A program made the translations under genes and the position numbers. DNA of 64,000 bases, taken from NCBI GenBank assembly GCA_036840065.1, contig DAITZZ010000003.1, forward strand, positions 28,378 to 92,377, read 5' to 3'. How positions within the stretch are numbered: position 1 is the stretch's first letter; every line of letters begins with the position of its first letter. Positions 45,226-55,158 of this stretch are shown here, in pieces. Origin of the DNA: a bacterium (GTDB lineage: Bacteria > Bacteroidota > Ignavibacteria > Kapaibacteriales > Kapaibacteriaceae). Below the pieces are notes generated by a model that was not told where the DNA came from, did not search any database, and saw only the letters and a program-made list of their open reading frames with translations.

Positions 45226-48200
45226 TCAAACACGCTGAACGCGTACGTTGACGTGACGCCCGTTTATCTCGAGTCCAGTTCCTTCGAACTGTCCCCCCCG
45301 CTCGAGCGCTTCCGCCAGCGTTTCCATTGCAATGTACGACCGCATGGACTCGAGCGCGATGGACGTGTCATCATCTGTCTCGTAGAGAACAGTGATGCGA
45401 TCCGTCACATCAAACCCCGAATCCTTACGGAGCTTTTGAAGGCGACTGACAAACTCACGAGCGAGACCCTCGCGAATGAGCTCTTCGTCTAGTTCGGTAT
45501 CAAGGGCGACCGTTACGCCGTTGTCACTTGCAACAAGCCAGCCTTCGATATCCTCGCTGATGATCTCAACGTCTTCGAAATCAATCTGCACATTTCGTTC
45601 ACCAACATCGATCGTCAGGACTGACGACTGCTCGAGCCTTCGAACATCGTCATGCGTCATGCTCTTGATCGCGTTGGCCACCGACTGCGTGTCGCCTCCA
45701 TACTTACGCCCAATCACTTTGAAGTTCGGGCGAGCACTGCGACGAACGATGTTCGTATCGTCCGAAACGTACTCGATGGATTTGACGTTGATCTCTTCTG
45801 TGATAATCTCTTCGACCGACTGTATGTGTCTGCGCATTTGCGGACTGTCGACCGGAAGAAGAATTCGTTTCAACGGTTGACGCGTTTTGATCTTCGCCTT
45901 CTCTCTCAAAGAACGAGCAAGAGAAACAATTCGTTGCGCTTGCTGCATGCGGTGTTCCAGATCGGAATCGATGACTGTCTCATCGCACCGTTGCAATATA
46001 ATACAATGCACAGTGAATTGTTCTTGATGCAAACGCAATCGTAAGAAAAGTGACTCAGCTAAAAACGGAGCAACAGGAGCCGTCATTTCCGTGACGCGAA
46101 GCAGTACCTCGTGCAGCGTCTGATAGGCTGCACGCTTGTCGGCATCGTACTCACCTTTCCAGAAGCGACGGCGGTTGCGACGCACGTACCAGTTGGAGAC
46201 TTCTTCGATCATAAACTCTTGTAGAAGTCGGCATGCCCTGGTCAGATCATACTCATCCATCGCTGCCGTGTAGCTCTTGATGAGCGTGTGCAGTCGTGAG
46301 ATGATCCAGCGGTCGATCTCCGGACGCTCTGCGATCGGGATCAGCGACTCGGCCGCTGAATAGCCGTCAACATTGGCGTAGAGAGCAAAGAACTCATACG
46401 TATTCGTGAGCGAGCGGAAGAAGTCGGCGATGACAGTCTTCGCAATATCATCCTCATTCCACAGCTTGGGCTTGTGGACCGGCGAAGACGTCATGAGGAA
46501 CCAGCGAATGGCATCGCTGCCGAAGCGTGAGATGACCTCGAACGGATCGACGGTGTTACCCTTCGACTTCGACATCTTCTGACCACGCTTGTCGAGCACA
46601 AGATCGTTGACTACCACATGGCGATATGCCGGCGCATCGAAGAGCGCCGTCGAGATGTTGTGCAGTGTATAGAACCAGCCTCTGGTCTGATCGATTCCTT
46701 CAGCAATGAAGTCCGCCGGGAACGATGCCTCAAAGAGCTCCTTGTTCTCAAACGGATAGTGGAACTGTGCAAACGGCATGCTACCGGAGTCGAACCAAAC
46801 ATCAACGACCTCGCGCGTGCGTCGGTACGTCACACCGTCGCGTTCAAACACGACACGATCAACGAACGGCCGGTGCAAGTCCACGGCCACTCCGCACTGC
46901 GCCACAGGAACGCGCGTACCATCTTCCCGCTCATAGAGTCCGGCATGAAGTTCTTCGATCGAACCGACGGCGAACATCGACGTACCGTCCTCGCTGACCC
47001 AGATCGGAAGGGGGCTACCCCAATACCTGTCGCGGGAGATCGACCACTCCTTGACTTCTTCGAGCCAATTTCCAAAACGGCCCTCTCCGATCTCTTCGGG
47101 ATGCCAGTTAACGCTGCGATTGAGTTCGACGAGCCGATCACGATAGCGCGGCGAACGAATGAACCAGGAATCGCGCGCATAGTAAATGACCGGGTTGTCC
47201 GTGCGCCAGCAATGCGGATAGCTGTGCAGGTAGTCGAAGGACGCTTTGTAGATCTTGCCGGCGATCTTCAACGCCTTGACGATGTCACGATCGGCCCCCT
47301 CCTCGGTGTGATCCGAGTACGTAAACGACTTTACGGCACGTCCCGAAAAGTCCCTGATCTCCGATGAAAAGTGTCCGTTTGGAGAGACCGGCTGAGGAAC
47401 GGGCAGATGAAAGAGCTTCGACATTTCGAAGTCGTCCTGGCCAAAGGCCGGCGCAAGGTGCACAATTCCGGATCCGTCATCTGTCGAGACAAAGTCGCCT
47501 GGAAGGATCGTCAGAACATGCGGATGCTGATCAGCATCGAGAGCAACATCACTGAAAATCTGCTCATAGGCCGAGCCAACGATCTCCGAACCCTTATGCG
47601 ATGAGAGAATCTCGACGTCGCCTTCCAGGATGGCAAGGCGTGATTCAGCAAGCAGAAGCTCTTCGCTGATCGTTGACTCACCTACCTGGCGCGTGTTACG
47701 AACGCGCACGTAGGTTATACCGGCGCCAACGGCAAGAGCGACATTGGCAAACAACGTCCACGGCGTGGTCGTCCAAACCAGAACCTTCACACCACGAAGG
47801 GACTCGACCGGCGAACTGGTAATGGCGAGCTTGAGATAGACGTTGGGGTCACGGACCTCTTTGTAATTCTGTGACAGCTCATGCGACGATAGTGGCGTGC
47901 CCAGCGTTGGGGACTGCGGCACCACCTTGTATCCACGGTAAATGAGCCCCTTATCGAAGAACTGCTTCAGAGCCCACCAGACGGACTCGATGTAGTTGTT
48001 CGTGCAGGTGATGTAGGCGCTGTCAAGATCAAGCCAATGCCCCATCCGACGTGTAAGCGTGCGCCATCCGCTCTCCATGGTGATGTTGCGGTAGACGATG
48101 TCCTTGCATGCGGCATTGAACACGTCGACGCCCATCACCTCGATCTGCGCCTTATCGGTGATGCCGAGCTCCTTCTCGGCACTGAGCTCCACCGGAAGTC

Positions 48201-48498
48201 CGTGCGTGTCCCAGCCGGCCTGGCGGCGTACGAAGAAGCCCTGCATGTTCTTGTAGCGGCAGACGGAGTCTTTGATGGTCCGCGCAAGAACATGGTGAAT
48301 GCCGGGCTTGCCGTTTACCGTTGGCGGTCCTTCATAAAAAGTGAAGGACGGCGCTGATTGTCGCAGTTCCTGAGTACGAGCGAACACATTATTCGCTTCC
48401 CAGTATTCAAGGATGGACTCTTCTTGCGTTGGGTAGGAGAAATCGTCAGGAAGAGGTTGAAACATGTGCTGCAGGAATCCCCAGATGATCGATCTCAC
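45226..48498 (-). CDS. ileS: Isoleucyl-tRNA synthetase (type 2, eukaryote/Bacteroidota-like, ~1090 aa)
   Basis: HIGH region (…PTVNGKPGIHHVLARTIKD…), KMSKS (…KMSKSKGN…), the editing CP1 domain, and a long C-terminal extension. An alternative start is at Met12 (48465). Confidence 0.95.
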   Translation of the reverse strand: MRSIIWGFLQHMFQPLPDDFSYPTQEESILEYWEANNVFARTQELRQSAPSFTFYEGPPTVNGKPGIHHVLARTIKDSVCRYKNMQGFFVRRQAGWDTHGLPVELSAEKELGITDKAQIEVMGVDVFNAACKDIVYRNITMESGWRTLTRRMGHWLDLDSAYITCTNNYIESVWWALKQFFDKGLIYRGYKVVPQSPTLGTPLSSHELSQNYKEVRDPNVYLKLAITSSPVESLRGVKVLVWTTTPWTLFANVALAVGAGITYVRVRNTRQVGESTISEELLLAESRLAILEGDVEILSSHKGSEIVGSAYEQIFSDVALDADQHPHVLTILPGDFVSTDDGSGIVHLAPAFGQDDFEMSKLFHLPVPQPVSPNGHFSSEIRDFSGRAVKSFTYSDHTEEGADRDIVKALKIAGKIYKASFDYLHSYPHCWRTDNPVIYYARDSWFIRSPRYRDRLVELNRSVNWHPEEIGEGRFGNWLEEVKEWSISRDRYWGSPLPIWVSEDGTSMFAVGSIEELHAGLYEREDGTRVPVAQCGVAVDLHRPFVDRVVFERDGVTYRRTREVVDVWFDSGSMPFAQFHYPFENKELFEASFPADFIAEGIDQTRGWFYTLHNISTALFDAPAYRHVVVNDLVLDKRGQKMSKSKGNTVDPFEVISRFGSDAIRWFLMTSSPVHKPKLWNEDDIAKTVIADFFRSLTNTYEFFALYANVDGYSAAESLIPIAERPEIDRWIISRLHTLIKSYTAAMDEYDLTRACRLLQEFMIEEVSNWYVRRNRRRFWKGEYDADKRAAYQTLHEVLLRVTEMTAPVAPFLAESLFLRLRLHQEQFTVHCIILQRCDETVIDSDLEHRMQQAQRIVSLARSLREKAKIKTRQPLKRILLPVDSPQMRRHIQSVEEIITEEINVKSIEYVSDDTNIVRRSARPNFKVIGRKYGGDTQSVANAIKSMTHDDVRRLEQSSVLTIDVGERNVQIDFEDVEIISEDIEGWLVASDNGVTVALDTELDEELIREGLAREFVSRLQKLRKDSGFDVTDRITVLYETDDDTSIALESMRSYIAMETLAEALERGGQFEGTGLEINGRHVNVRVQRV

Positions 48499-50024
48499 AA
48501 AGTTACGAACGTGATCTTGAAGGTCGTGCCGGCACCCTCTGCTGATACCACATCGATCGTGGCATGGTGTGCGTCAAGAATCCACTTGACGATCGACAAA
48601 CCGAGGCCGGTACCCTGGATGTCCTTCGAGCGCGCTTTGTCGACTCGGTAAAAGCGATCATAGATATGCGTCAGGTCCTCGGCAGCAATTCCGATTCCGG
48701 TGTCGCTGACCAGCAGACGCGCTTTGCCGTCGATGGCAAGCAGCTCCACACGCACAAAGCCCCCTTGCGGAGTGTACTTGATGGCATTCTCGATGATGTT
48801 CAGCACCGCCTGATGCAGTCGGGTTTTGTCGCCCTCGATCATCACGTTCGAGGCGATGTCCGTCGTAAATCCGACACCTTTACTATCGGCCATCAGCAGC
48901 ATGTCATCACAGATGTCCCCTACCAGAACACTCAATGAAACCGGTGCGCGCTCGATCGTAACCTGCCCCGACTCGGCGCGACTGATCTCAAGAAGTCCCT
49001 GCACGACGTTTGTCAGTCGCTCAACCTCCTCAAGGCAGCTGGCCAGCGTTGCCTGATACTCCTCCACGCTCATTGGCCGACGCAAGGCAACACCGAGCTC
49101 GCCCATAAGGATGGCAAGGGGCGTCTTGAGCTCATGCGATGCATCGGACGTGAACTGCCGAACCTGCGCAAATGACTGCTCAAGCCGGGCGATCATCTCG
49201 TTGAGCGTGTCGATCAGCCGCGCGATCTCGTCGTTGTTCGGCGATCGCGGCAACCGAAGCTGAAGATTGCTGGCCGTGATCGACCGCGCTGATCGTGTGA
49301 TGTCATCGACAGACTTCAAAGAGCCCCGTGCAATGAACCATCCCAGAATACCCGAGATCACCAGAGCCATCGGCATGCCATAGAGCATAAGCGAGAACAG
49401 GCGACGCAAGGTCTCATCGACCTCAGACAGTGGGTACGCCGCCGTAACCGAGGCTACGTCTGCCGTGATCATCACGATACGATAGCGCTCACCGCGCAGC
49501 CAGTAGTGCGAAAAGATCGGCGCGGGCTTTGCCGACGATGCCTCGCGGGCGAACATCCCGTAGGTGGGCAGGCTATCCGTACCAAGGTTGTCTGACTTCC
49601 ACGCCACCGCTCCGTCATCGGTAGCCAGTTGCAGAGCAGTGCTCGATGAGTTCAACAGCATGTGCTCATAAACTGCCGACCAGACCGGATCCTCTGGAGC
49701 GACGGTCCCGCTGCCGAGTATCGGCCCGACGAAGTTGCGCATGTTCGGACGATCAAGGATATCGACGCGCAGAGGATCGGTCTTGGAGAGTCGGCCACGA
49801 GACCGCAGCGAGGCAAGGGGCTTGCGGGCCTGCTGCTGCTCCTTGCGGATAATGTCCAGCAGTGAGCTTCCTGCCCGCTCCAGCGAGGCATCCAGATTCC
49901 GAAGAAGCTCGTTGCTCACCGTCACGTACGCGATACCGGCAAAGCCGGCCAGCGTCACGGCAACGATGGTCCCATACAGAAGGGCGAGTTTCGCACGAAG
50001 GGTCAGATTCACGGTCCCGAACAT
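48495..50024 (-). CDS. Sensor histidine kinase (TM-periplasmic-TM, HAMP, HisKA, HATPase_c)
   Basis: H-box …SHELKTPLAILMGEL…, N/G boxes …NIIENAIKYTPQGGFVRV…DTGIGI…GTGLGLSIV… The start is Met24 (MFGTVNLTLRAKL…) of the 48495..50093 ORF. No response regulator is adjacent. Confidence 0.85.
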   Translation of the reverse strand: MFGTVNLTLRAKLALLYGTIVAVTLAGFAGIAYVTVSNELLRNLDASLERAGSSLLDIIRKEQQQARKPLASLRSRGRLSKTDPLRVDILDRPNMRNFVGPILGSGTVAPEDPVWSAVYEHMLLNSSSTALQLATDDGAVAWKSDNLGTDSLPTYGMFAREASSAKPAPIFSHYWLRGERYRIVMITADVASVTAAYPLSEVDETLRRLFSLMLYGMPMALVISGILGWFIARGSLKSVDDITRSARSITASNLQLRLPRSPNNDEIARLIDTLNEMIARLEQSFAQVRQFTSDASHELKTPLAILMGELGVALRRPMSVEEYQATLASCLEEVERLTNVVQGLLEISRAESGQVTIERAPVSLSVLVGDICDDMLLMADSKGVGFTTDIASNVMIEGDKTRLHQAVLNIIENAIKYTPQGGFVRVELLAIDGKARLLVSDTGIGIAAEDLTHIYDRFYRVDKARSKDIQGTGLGLSIVKWILDAHHATIDVVSAEGAGTTFKITFVTL

Positions 50025-50070
50025 ACACAGACAATGCAGACCACGAATCGGGATTCTATCTTTGCCGACC

Positions 50071-50895
50071 ATGCATTGCGATCCACGACCCATCGGCGTT
50101 TTTGACTCGGGAATCGGAGGCCTGACGGTGCTGCGGCACCTTCTGCGCCTGATGCCCGAGGAGGACTTCGTCTATCTTGGCGACACGGCCCGAGTGCCGT
50201 ACGGCAACAAGTCGGCCGAGACAGTGCGCCTGTATGCGTCACAATGCGCCGATTTTCTTCTACGTCACGATGTGAAGATGATCGTGGTGGCATGCAATAC
50301 GGCCTCTGCGCTCGCGCTCGATGTGCTGCGAAGCCATCACTCTATTCCGGTGCTGGGTGTCATCGAGCCGGCGGCCGGCGAAGCTGTGCGCCTGACGCGA
50401 AGCGGATCCATCGGCGTGATCGGCACGCGGGCAACGATCAACTCCGAATCGTACCTCAAAGCCATTACCGAAGTCGCCGGTGAGCGGCCGGTCGCCATTC
50501 ACTCGCGCCCCTGCCCACTGCTGGTTCCTCTTGTCGAAGAAGGTTGGGTGGACGCGCCGGCAACACGGCTGATCGCCGAAGAGTACGTTCGCCCCCTGCG
50601 CCAGGCCGGGATTGATACGCTCGTTCTTGGGTGCACACACTACCCGATTCTTGCTCCCGTGCTTCAAGACTTGCTACCGAATGTGGCACTGGTCGACTGT
50701 GGCGAATGCGCCGCACACCAGGCCATGCACCTGCTCGAGCCACATGGTGAGCCTGGTCATGTTCCGCGTCTGTCGCTGTACGTCACCGACAACACACCGG
50801 CCTTCACCTCGCTGGCCTCGGCCTTCCTCGGCAGACGTGTCGACGAACCGGTGCGCGTCAGTCTCGATGGACCTCAACCTGCGGGTCGGGTCTGA
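50071..50895 (+). CDS. murI: Glutamate racemase
   Basis: MHCDPRPIGVFDSGIGGLTVLRHL…VVACNTASA…LGCTHYPIL… (Met113 of the 49735..50895 ORF; the upstream part of that ORF is antisense to the kinase). Confidence 0.85.
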   Translation: MHCDPRPIGVFDSGIGGLTVLRHLLRLMPEEDFVYLGDTARVPYGNKSAETVRLYASQCADFLLRHDVKMIVVACNTASALALDVLRSHHSIPVLGVIEPAAGEAVRLTRSGSIGVIGTRATINSESYLKAITEVAGERPVAIHSRPCPLLVPLVEEGWVDAPATRLIAEEYVRPLRQAGIDTLVLGCTHYPILAPVLQDLLPNVALVDCGECAAHQAMHLLEPHGEPGHVPRLSLYVTDNTPAFTSLASAFLGRRVDEPVRVSLDGPQPAGRV

Positions 50896-51815
50896 TGGTC
50901 TCGTATATCCTTCGCAAGATCCTCTACACGCTGCTGGTACTGGTCGGCGTGGTCGTGGTCACGTTCTTTATCCGTCCTCCGGGCGATCCGGCGCGCGTTC
51001 TGCTGGGGCAGCGGGCAGATTCGGCCTCCGTGGCAGCTCTGCGCGAGCAGCTTGGACTCGACAAGCCCCTTCCCTATCAGATCACGACCTACATGACCAG
51101 TCTGGCAGGGGGCGACCTGGGCCGCTCGATCGCCACCAACCGTCCCGTTGCCGAGACCATCATTGAGCGGCTCCCGGCAACGGCTCTGCTGGCGGTAACA
51201 TCGATCACCATCGCTACCATTCTCGGAATTCTGCTCGGTGTGATCGCAGCATGGCGACCCAACACATGGATCGACACGCTGACGATGTCGACGTCGCTGC
51301 TGGGGATTTCTCTGCCGGCATTTGTGGTGGGACTGCTGCTGGTGCTTGTCTTCGGTGTGGGTCTTGAATGGTTCCCCATCAGCGGATATGTCGACCGTGG
51401 AGCAGAGCATCTCGTGCTCCCGATGATTACACTGGCAATCCGCCCGCTTTCGATCATCGCTCGCGTCACACGATCAAGCATGCTCGATGTGCTGGGTCAG
51501 GATTACGTGCGCACCGCCAGAGCCAAGGGGTTATCGGATGCGGCGGTGTTCGTCAAGCACGCATTGCGCAATGCTCTGAACCCCGTGGTCACCACCGTCA
51601 GTGCATGGTTTGCGGGCCTGCTGGCAGGAACCTATTTCGTCGAGTTTATCTTCAACTGGCCCGGCGTCGGGCTGGCAGCATTCAACGCCATCGAGAAACT
51701 TGATTACCCCATGATCCAAGGAACCGTCCTGTTCACGGCGATCATCTTTGTGACGGTCAACACGTTGGCCGACATTCTTTATGGGTTCATCGATCCGAAG
51801 GTGCGGCTCTCATGA
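50895..51815 (+). CDS. ABC transporter permease (Dpp/Opp-type, DppB-like)
   Basis: MVSYILRKILYTLLVLVGVVVVTFFI…, a 6-TM BPD_transp_1 domain with the EAA-like region …ARAKGLSDAAVFVKHALRNAL…. Confidence 0.85.
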   Translation: MVSYILRKILYTLLVLVGVVVVTFFIRPPGDPARVLLGQRADSASVAALREQLGLDKPLPYQITTYMTSLAGGDLGRSIATNRPVAETIIERLPATALLAVTSITIATILGILLGVIAAWRPNTWIDTLTMSTSLLGISLPAFVVGLLLVLVFGVGLEWFPISGYVDRGAEHLVLPMITLAIRPLSIIARVTRSSMLDVLGQDYVRTARAKGLSDAAVFVKHALRNALNPVVTTVSAWFAGLLAGTYFVEFIFNWPGVGLAAFNAIEKLDYPMIQGTVLFTAIIFVTVNTLADILYGFIDPKVRLS

Positions 51816-52858
51816 GTGCAGATCGCGTGGAAAGTCCCTCACGGCTGGCTTTGCGCCGACTGCGCAAGAACACCGGCGCGGTCATCGCCATGGGTGTTCT
51901 GACCATCATGGTCATTGCAGCCATTGCTGCACCGTGGATCACGCCCTTTGATCCAACGACGCAGATCCTTGAATACAGCGTCAAACCCGCTGGCTTTCGC
52001 GGAACGATCCTGTTCAAGAAGAATCCGGCCGATCCTGAAACGCCGTCGATCATTGCTGTATCAGACTGGCAATTGAAATCCGACACCGTCTTCTATCGAG
52101 ATCCTGCTGGTGAGCCCTACAGTATTGCTCGTTCATCGCTGGTAGGAGTATCAAACGATGACTTTGCAGCAACACCGACATTCTGGCTCGGAACTGATCG
52201 GTTCGGACGTGATATGTTCACGCGTCTGGTGTATGGAATGCGCGTCTCGCTCAGCGTCGGCCTTATCTCCGAATCCATCGCGCTGCTGATCGGCATCATC
52301 CTCGGGGCAATTGCCGGCTACTACCGCGGTTGGGCCGATGACGTGATCATGTGGCTCGTCAATGTCGTATGGTCGTTTCCGACCATTCTACTGGTTGTTG
52401 CCTTCTCGGTGCTGCTTGGCAAAGGATACTGGCAGACGTTTGTGGCCATCGGGATCTCGTCATGGGTCGACATCGCCCGGATCGTGCGCGGACAGTTTTT
52501 CAGCATACGCGAGCAGGAGTACATCGAGGCCACGCGCGCCCTGGGCTACGGTCCTGCAAGGACTATCTTCCGTCACATGCTGCTGAATGCGACCGGTCCT
52601 ATCATCGTCCTCTCGACGGCGGGTTTTGCCACGGCGATCATCGCCGAAGCATCATTGAGCTTCATCGGGCTTGGTGTTCAGCCCCCTACTGCTTCATGGG
52701 GACAGATGATAAAGGATGGCTACGGATACATTGCCCTTGGTACGAACTGGGGCATGACGTTGTTTCCGAGCATCGCCATGGCCATCGGGGTTCTTGTCCT
52801 GAATGTCTTCGGCGATGGACTTCGTGATGCATTTGATCCCAAGACGAGCCAGAGATGA
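51812..52858 (+). CDS. ABC transporter permease (Dpp/Opp-type, DppC-like)
   Basis: An N-terminal extension plus a BPD_transp_1 domain (…IREQEYIEATRALGYGPARTIFRHMLLN…). It overlaps the upstream permease by 4 nt. Confidence 0.85.
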   Translation: MSADRVESPSRLALRRLRKNTGAVIAMGVLTIMVIAAIAAPWITPFDPTTQILEYSVKPAGFRGTILFKKNPADPETPSIIAVSDWQLKSDTVFYRDPAGEPYSIARSSLVGVSNDDFAATPTFWLGTDRFGRDMFTRLVYGMRVSLSVGLISESIALLIGIILGAIAGYYRGWADDVIMWLVNVVWSFPTILLVVAFSVLLGKGYWQTFVAIGISSWVDIARIVRGQFFSIREQEYIEATRALGYGPARTIFRHMLLNATGPIIVLSTAGFATAIIAEASLSFIGLGVQPPTASWGQMIKDGYGYIALGTNWGMTLFPSIAMAIGVLVLNVFGDGLRDAFDPKTSQR

Positions 52859-53931
52859 TCGACGAGATACTCAAATCAGGGACATTCCCACCGGCCATTC
52901 TCCTCTTCGGTGAGGAGGATTTCCTCGTCGAGCACGACGCACAGCGACTCTTCGATGCTGCTGCACGTCAGGATGCCACGGGCATGAACTGCGATGTTCT
53001 CGATGCCGAACAGACATCGCTCGACGCAGTCCTGTCAATTGCCCGCTCATTCCCGATGATGTCCGACCGCCGCGTCGTATGGGTCCGCCGGGCAGATCGC
53101 CTGAGCGGACGCGAGTCGAAAGGGTCTGACGCACTTGCCAGCTACCTGGCTAACCCTTCAGCGGCGACGGCACTGATCTTTACCGCGTCGATCAGCGCTG
53201 CTGATGGTATCGGCAAGCTTCGGCAACGTCCGGACGCCCTGAAGAAGAAACTCTCCAAGGTGCGCTACCCTCTGAATCGTCTCATCACCGCAGCAACATG
53301 GATCGAGTACCCTCGACAGAGCGAATCGAGCGTTCGCTCCTGGATGAACGCGCACGCGGCGCGATTGGGGCTTACGCTGCCGGCCGAGGCGCCGGATCTG
53401 CTGATGGCCAAGGTTGGCATGGGCCTGCGCGAAATCGCAATGGAACTTGAGAAGCTTCGGATCTACGTCGGGGAAAGGGGCTCAGCAACCGTTGAAGATG
53501 TGCATAGTCTTGCCGGTAGTACGCGTGAGTTCAATGTCTTCGAACTTCAGCGTGCCGTTGGACGTCGTGATGCCGCCGCGGCGATGAAGATTCTCAATGC
53601 GATGCTCGAGGCCGACTCGCAGGAAATAATGATCCTTACAATGCTGGTACGACATTTCATGTCATTGTACGCTCTGATCGACCTGCGAACGGTCACCGAT
53701 CAGGCCCAGATCGCCCGTCAGTCAGGTCTTCAACCGTTTGCGATTTCCGAGGCATTCCAGCATCTGGATGCGCTCGGGCCGCGGCGCGTGGAAAGCGCGC
53801 TGCACTATTTGCGTCAAGCGGAAAGATCACTTCGAAGCTCGGCTGACCGTAGAACAACCATGGAGATCCTCATCACTTCCATCATTGGGAGTGACGAGCC
53901 GACTCCGAGCCGTATCTTTGCGCGTGCTTAA
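52855..53931 (+). CDS. holA: DNA polymerase III delta subunit
   Basis: MIDEILKSGTFPPAILLFGEEDFLVEHDAQRLF… and the delta clamp-loader AAA+-like fold. The C-terminal helical domain. Confidence 0.85.
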   Translation: MIDEILKSGTFPPAILLFGEEDFLVEHDAQRLFDAAARQDATGMNCDVLDAEQTSLDAVLSIARSFPMMSDRRVVWVRRADRLSGRESKGSDALASYLANPSAATALIFTASISAADGIGKLRQRPDALKKKLSKVRYPLNRLITAATWIEYPRQSESSVRSWMNAHAARLGLTLPAEAPDLLMAKVGMGLREIAMELEKLRIYVGERGSATVEDVHSLAGSTREFNVFELQRAVGRRDAAAAMKILNAMLEADSQEIMILTMLVRHFMSLYALIDLRTVTDQAQIARQSGLQPFAISEAFQHLDALGPRRVESALHYLRQAERSLRSSADRRTTMEILITSIIGSDEPTPSRIFARA

Positions 53932-54292
53932 TAGTGAACTGCTACATCCATGCGCTCAACTGGCTCAGGCCCAGCTTGATGCGTACAACGCGCGTGACAT
54001 CGATGCCTTCGCAAGGGTGTATGCCGATGACGTTCAGCTGATTGATCTTTCAACAGGTTCGATCTTCTGCGACGGGCTGGAAGAACTGCGCAATCGCTAC
54101 GGCCGTCAGTTCTCCGAACATCCGCAACTGCATTGTCGACTTGTCAGCCGCATCGTCTGCCCACCGTTTGTCATTGACGAAGAAGACGTCAGCGGACTTG
54201 CCGTAAACGGCAACGTTCATGCCGTGGCCACCTACGAATGCGCGGACAGTAAGATCAAGCGTGCATGGTTCCTGAGAGAGGTGAGCCAATGA
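53924..54292 (+). CDS. Small NTF2-like / SnoaL-like (ketosteroid-isomerase fold) protein, ~122 aa, probable GTG start overlapping the holA stop
   Basis: …AQAQLDAYNARDIDAFARVYADDVQLIDLSTGSIFCDGLEELRNRYGRQFSEHPQLHCRLVSRIVCPPFVIDEEDVSGLAVNGNVHAVATYECADSKIKRAWFLREVSQ. There is no in-frame ATG after the holA stop; a GTG lies at ~53924. The track ORF (53738..) is extended far into holA. Confidence 0.5.
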   Translation: MLNSELLHPCAQLAQAQLDAYNARDIDAFARVYADDVQLIDLSTGSIFCDGLEELRNRYGRQFSEHPQLHCRLVSRIVCPPFVIDEEDVSGLAVNGNVHAVATYECADSKIKRAWFLREVSQ

Positions 54293-55158
54293 CATCGCAG
54301 CCGATCCAGGTCGTGGCCGACCTCCACACGCATACAACGTGTTCCGACGGTGTACTCAGCCCGATTGAGCTTATCACCAAGGCAGAGCAGCGCGGACTGC
54401 AGGCACTGGCGATCACTGATCACGACAATCTCGATGCGCATCGCCATCTGCGCGATCTCGGGTACAACGGCCCGCTTCGCCTAATCAGCGGAGTCGAGAT
54501 CTCCTGCTACGACTTTGGTCGTGAGATCCATGTTCTGGCCTACAATGTCGATGTCGATGATGCGAGTCTTCAGGAGTACGAAGCATTCTACCGCAACGAT
54601 CGCGCCCGGCGTGCCGAGGAAATGGTGGCTAACCTTCACCAGGCCCGTGCACCGATCTCGTATCAGGAAGTGATCGACGAGGCAGCAGGTGCTCCCATCG
54701 GCAGGCCCCATGTTGCCTCCGTACTTGTGCGTCGGGGCTTCGTCCCATCGATTCAAGCTGCCTTCGATGTCTATCTAGACGTCGGAAAGCCCGGGTATGC
54801 GGCAAAGACCCCGTTCCCGGTGGCACAAGCCGTCGAGATGATCCATGCCGCCGGCGGTACGCTCTCTATTGCACATCCAGGCAGGTACTTCACCGATCCG
54901 GCAATGTTCCTTCCTCTTGTGAAGACCGGCGTTGATGGCATCGAAGTTTACCACCCGTCTCACTGGCATGTTACCCGTGAGTTTTACCGGGTGATGTGTC
55001 AGCAGCATGGACTTCTGGTGACGGGCGGCTCGGACTTCCACGGATCGCGTGAATACGACGAAGCGAACTTCGGAACGTTTGGCCTGACGGCTGCTGGATT
55101 CGAAGAGTTTGCCGCAACGATAGCTTCACGCCATGCCAGCGTGCCCAAGCATGACTGA
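54289..55158 (+). CDS. PHP-domain metal-dependent phosphoesterase
   Basis: MTSQPIQVVADLHTHTTCSDGVLSPIELITKAEQRGLQALAITDHDNLDAH…, PHP His/Asp motifs. The start is Met9 of the track ORF, overlapping the preceding stop (ATGA). Confidence 0.8.
   Translation: MTSQPIQVVADLHTHTTCSDGVLSPIELITKAEQRGLQALAITDHDNLDAHRHLRDLGYNGPLRLISGVEISCYDFGREIHVLAYNVDVDDASLQEYEAFYRNDRARRAEEMVANLHQARAPISYQEVIDEAAGAPIGRPHVASVLVRRGFVPSIQAAFDVYLDVGKPGYAAKTPFPVAQAVEMIHAAGGTLSIAHPGRYFTDPAMFLPLVKTGVDGIEVYHPSHWHVTREFYRVMCQQHGLLVTGGSDFHGSREYDEANFGTFGLTAAGFEEFAATIASRHASVPKHD

Noticed and set aside
49735-50070. N-terminal 112 codons of the track murI ORF (49735..50895)
   Set aside because: That part is antisense to the histidine kinase and Arg/Ser-rich. 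The conserved glutamate racemase N-terminus begins at Met113 (50071).
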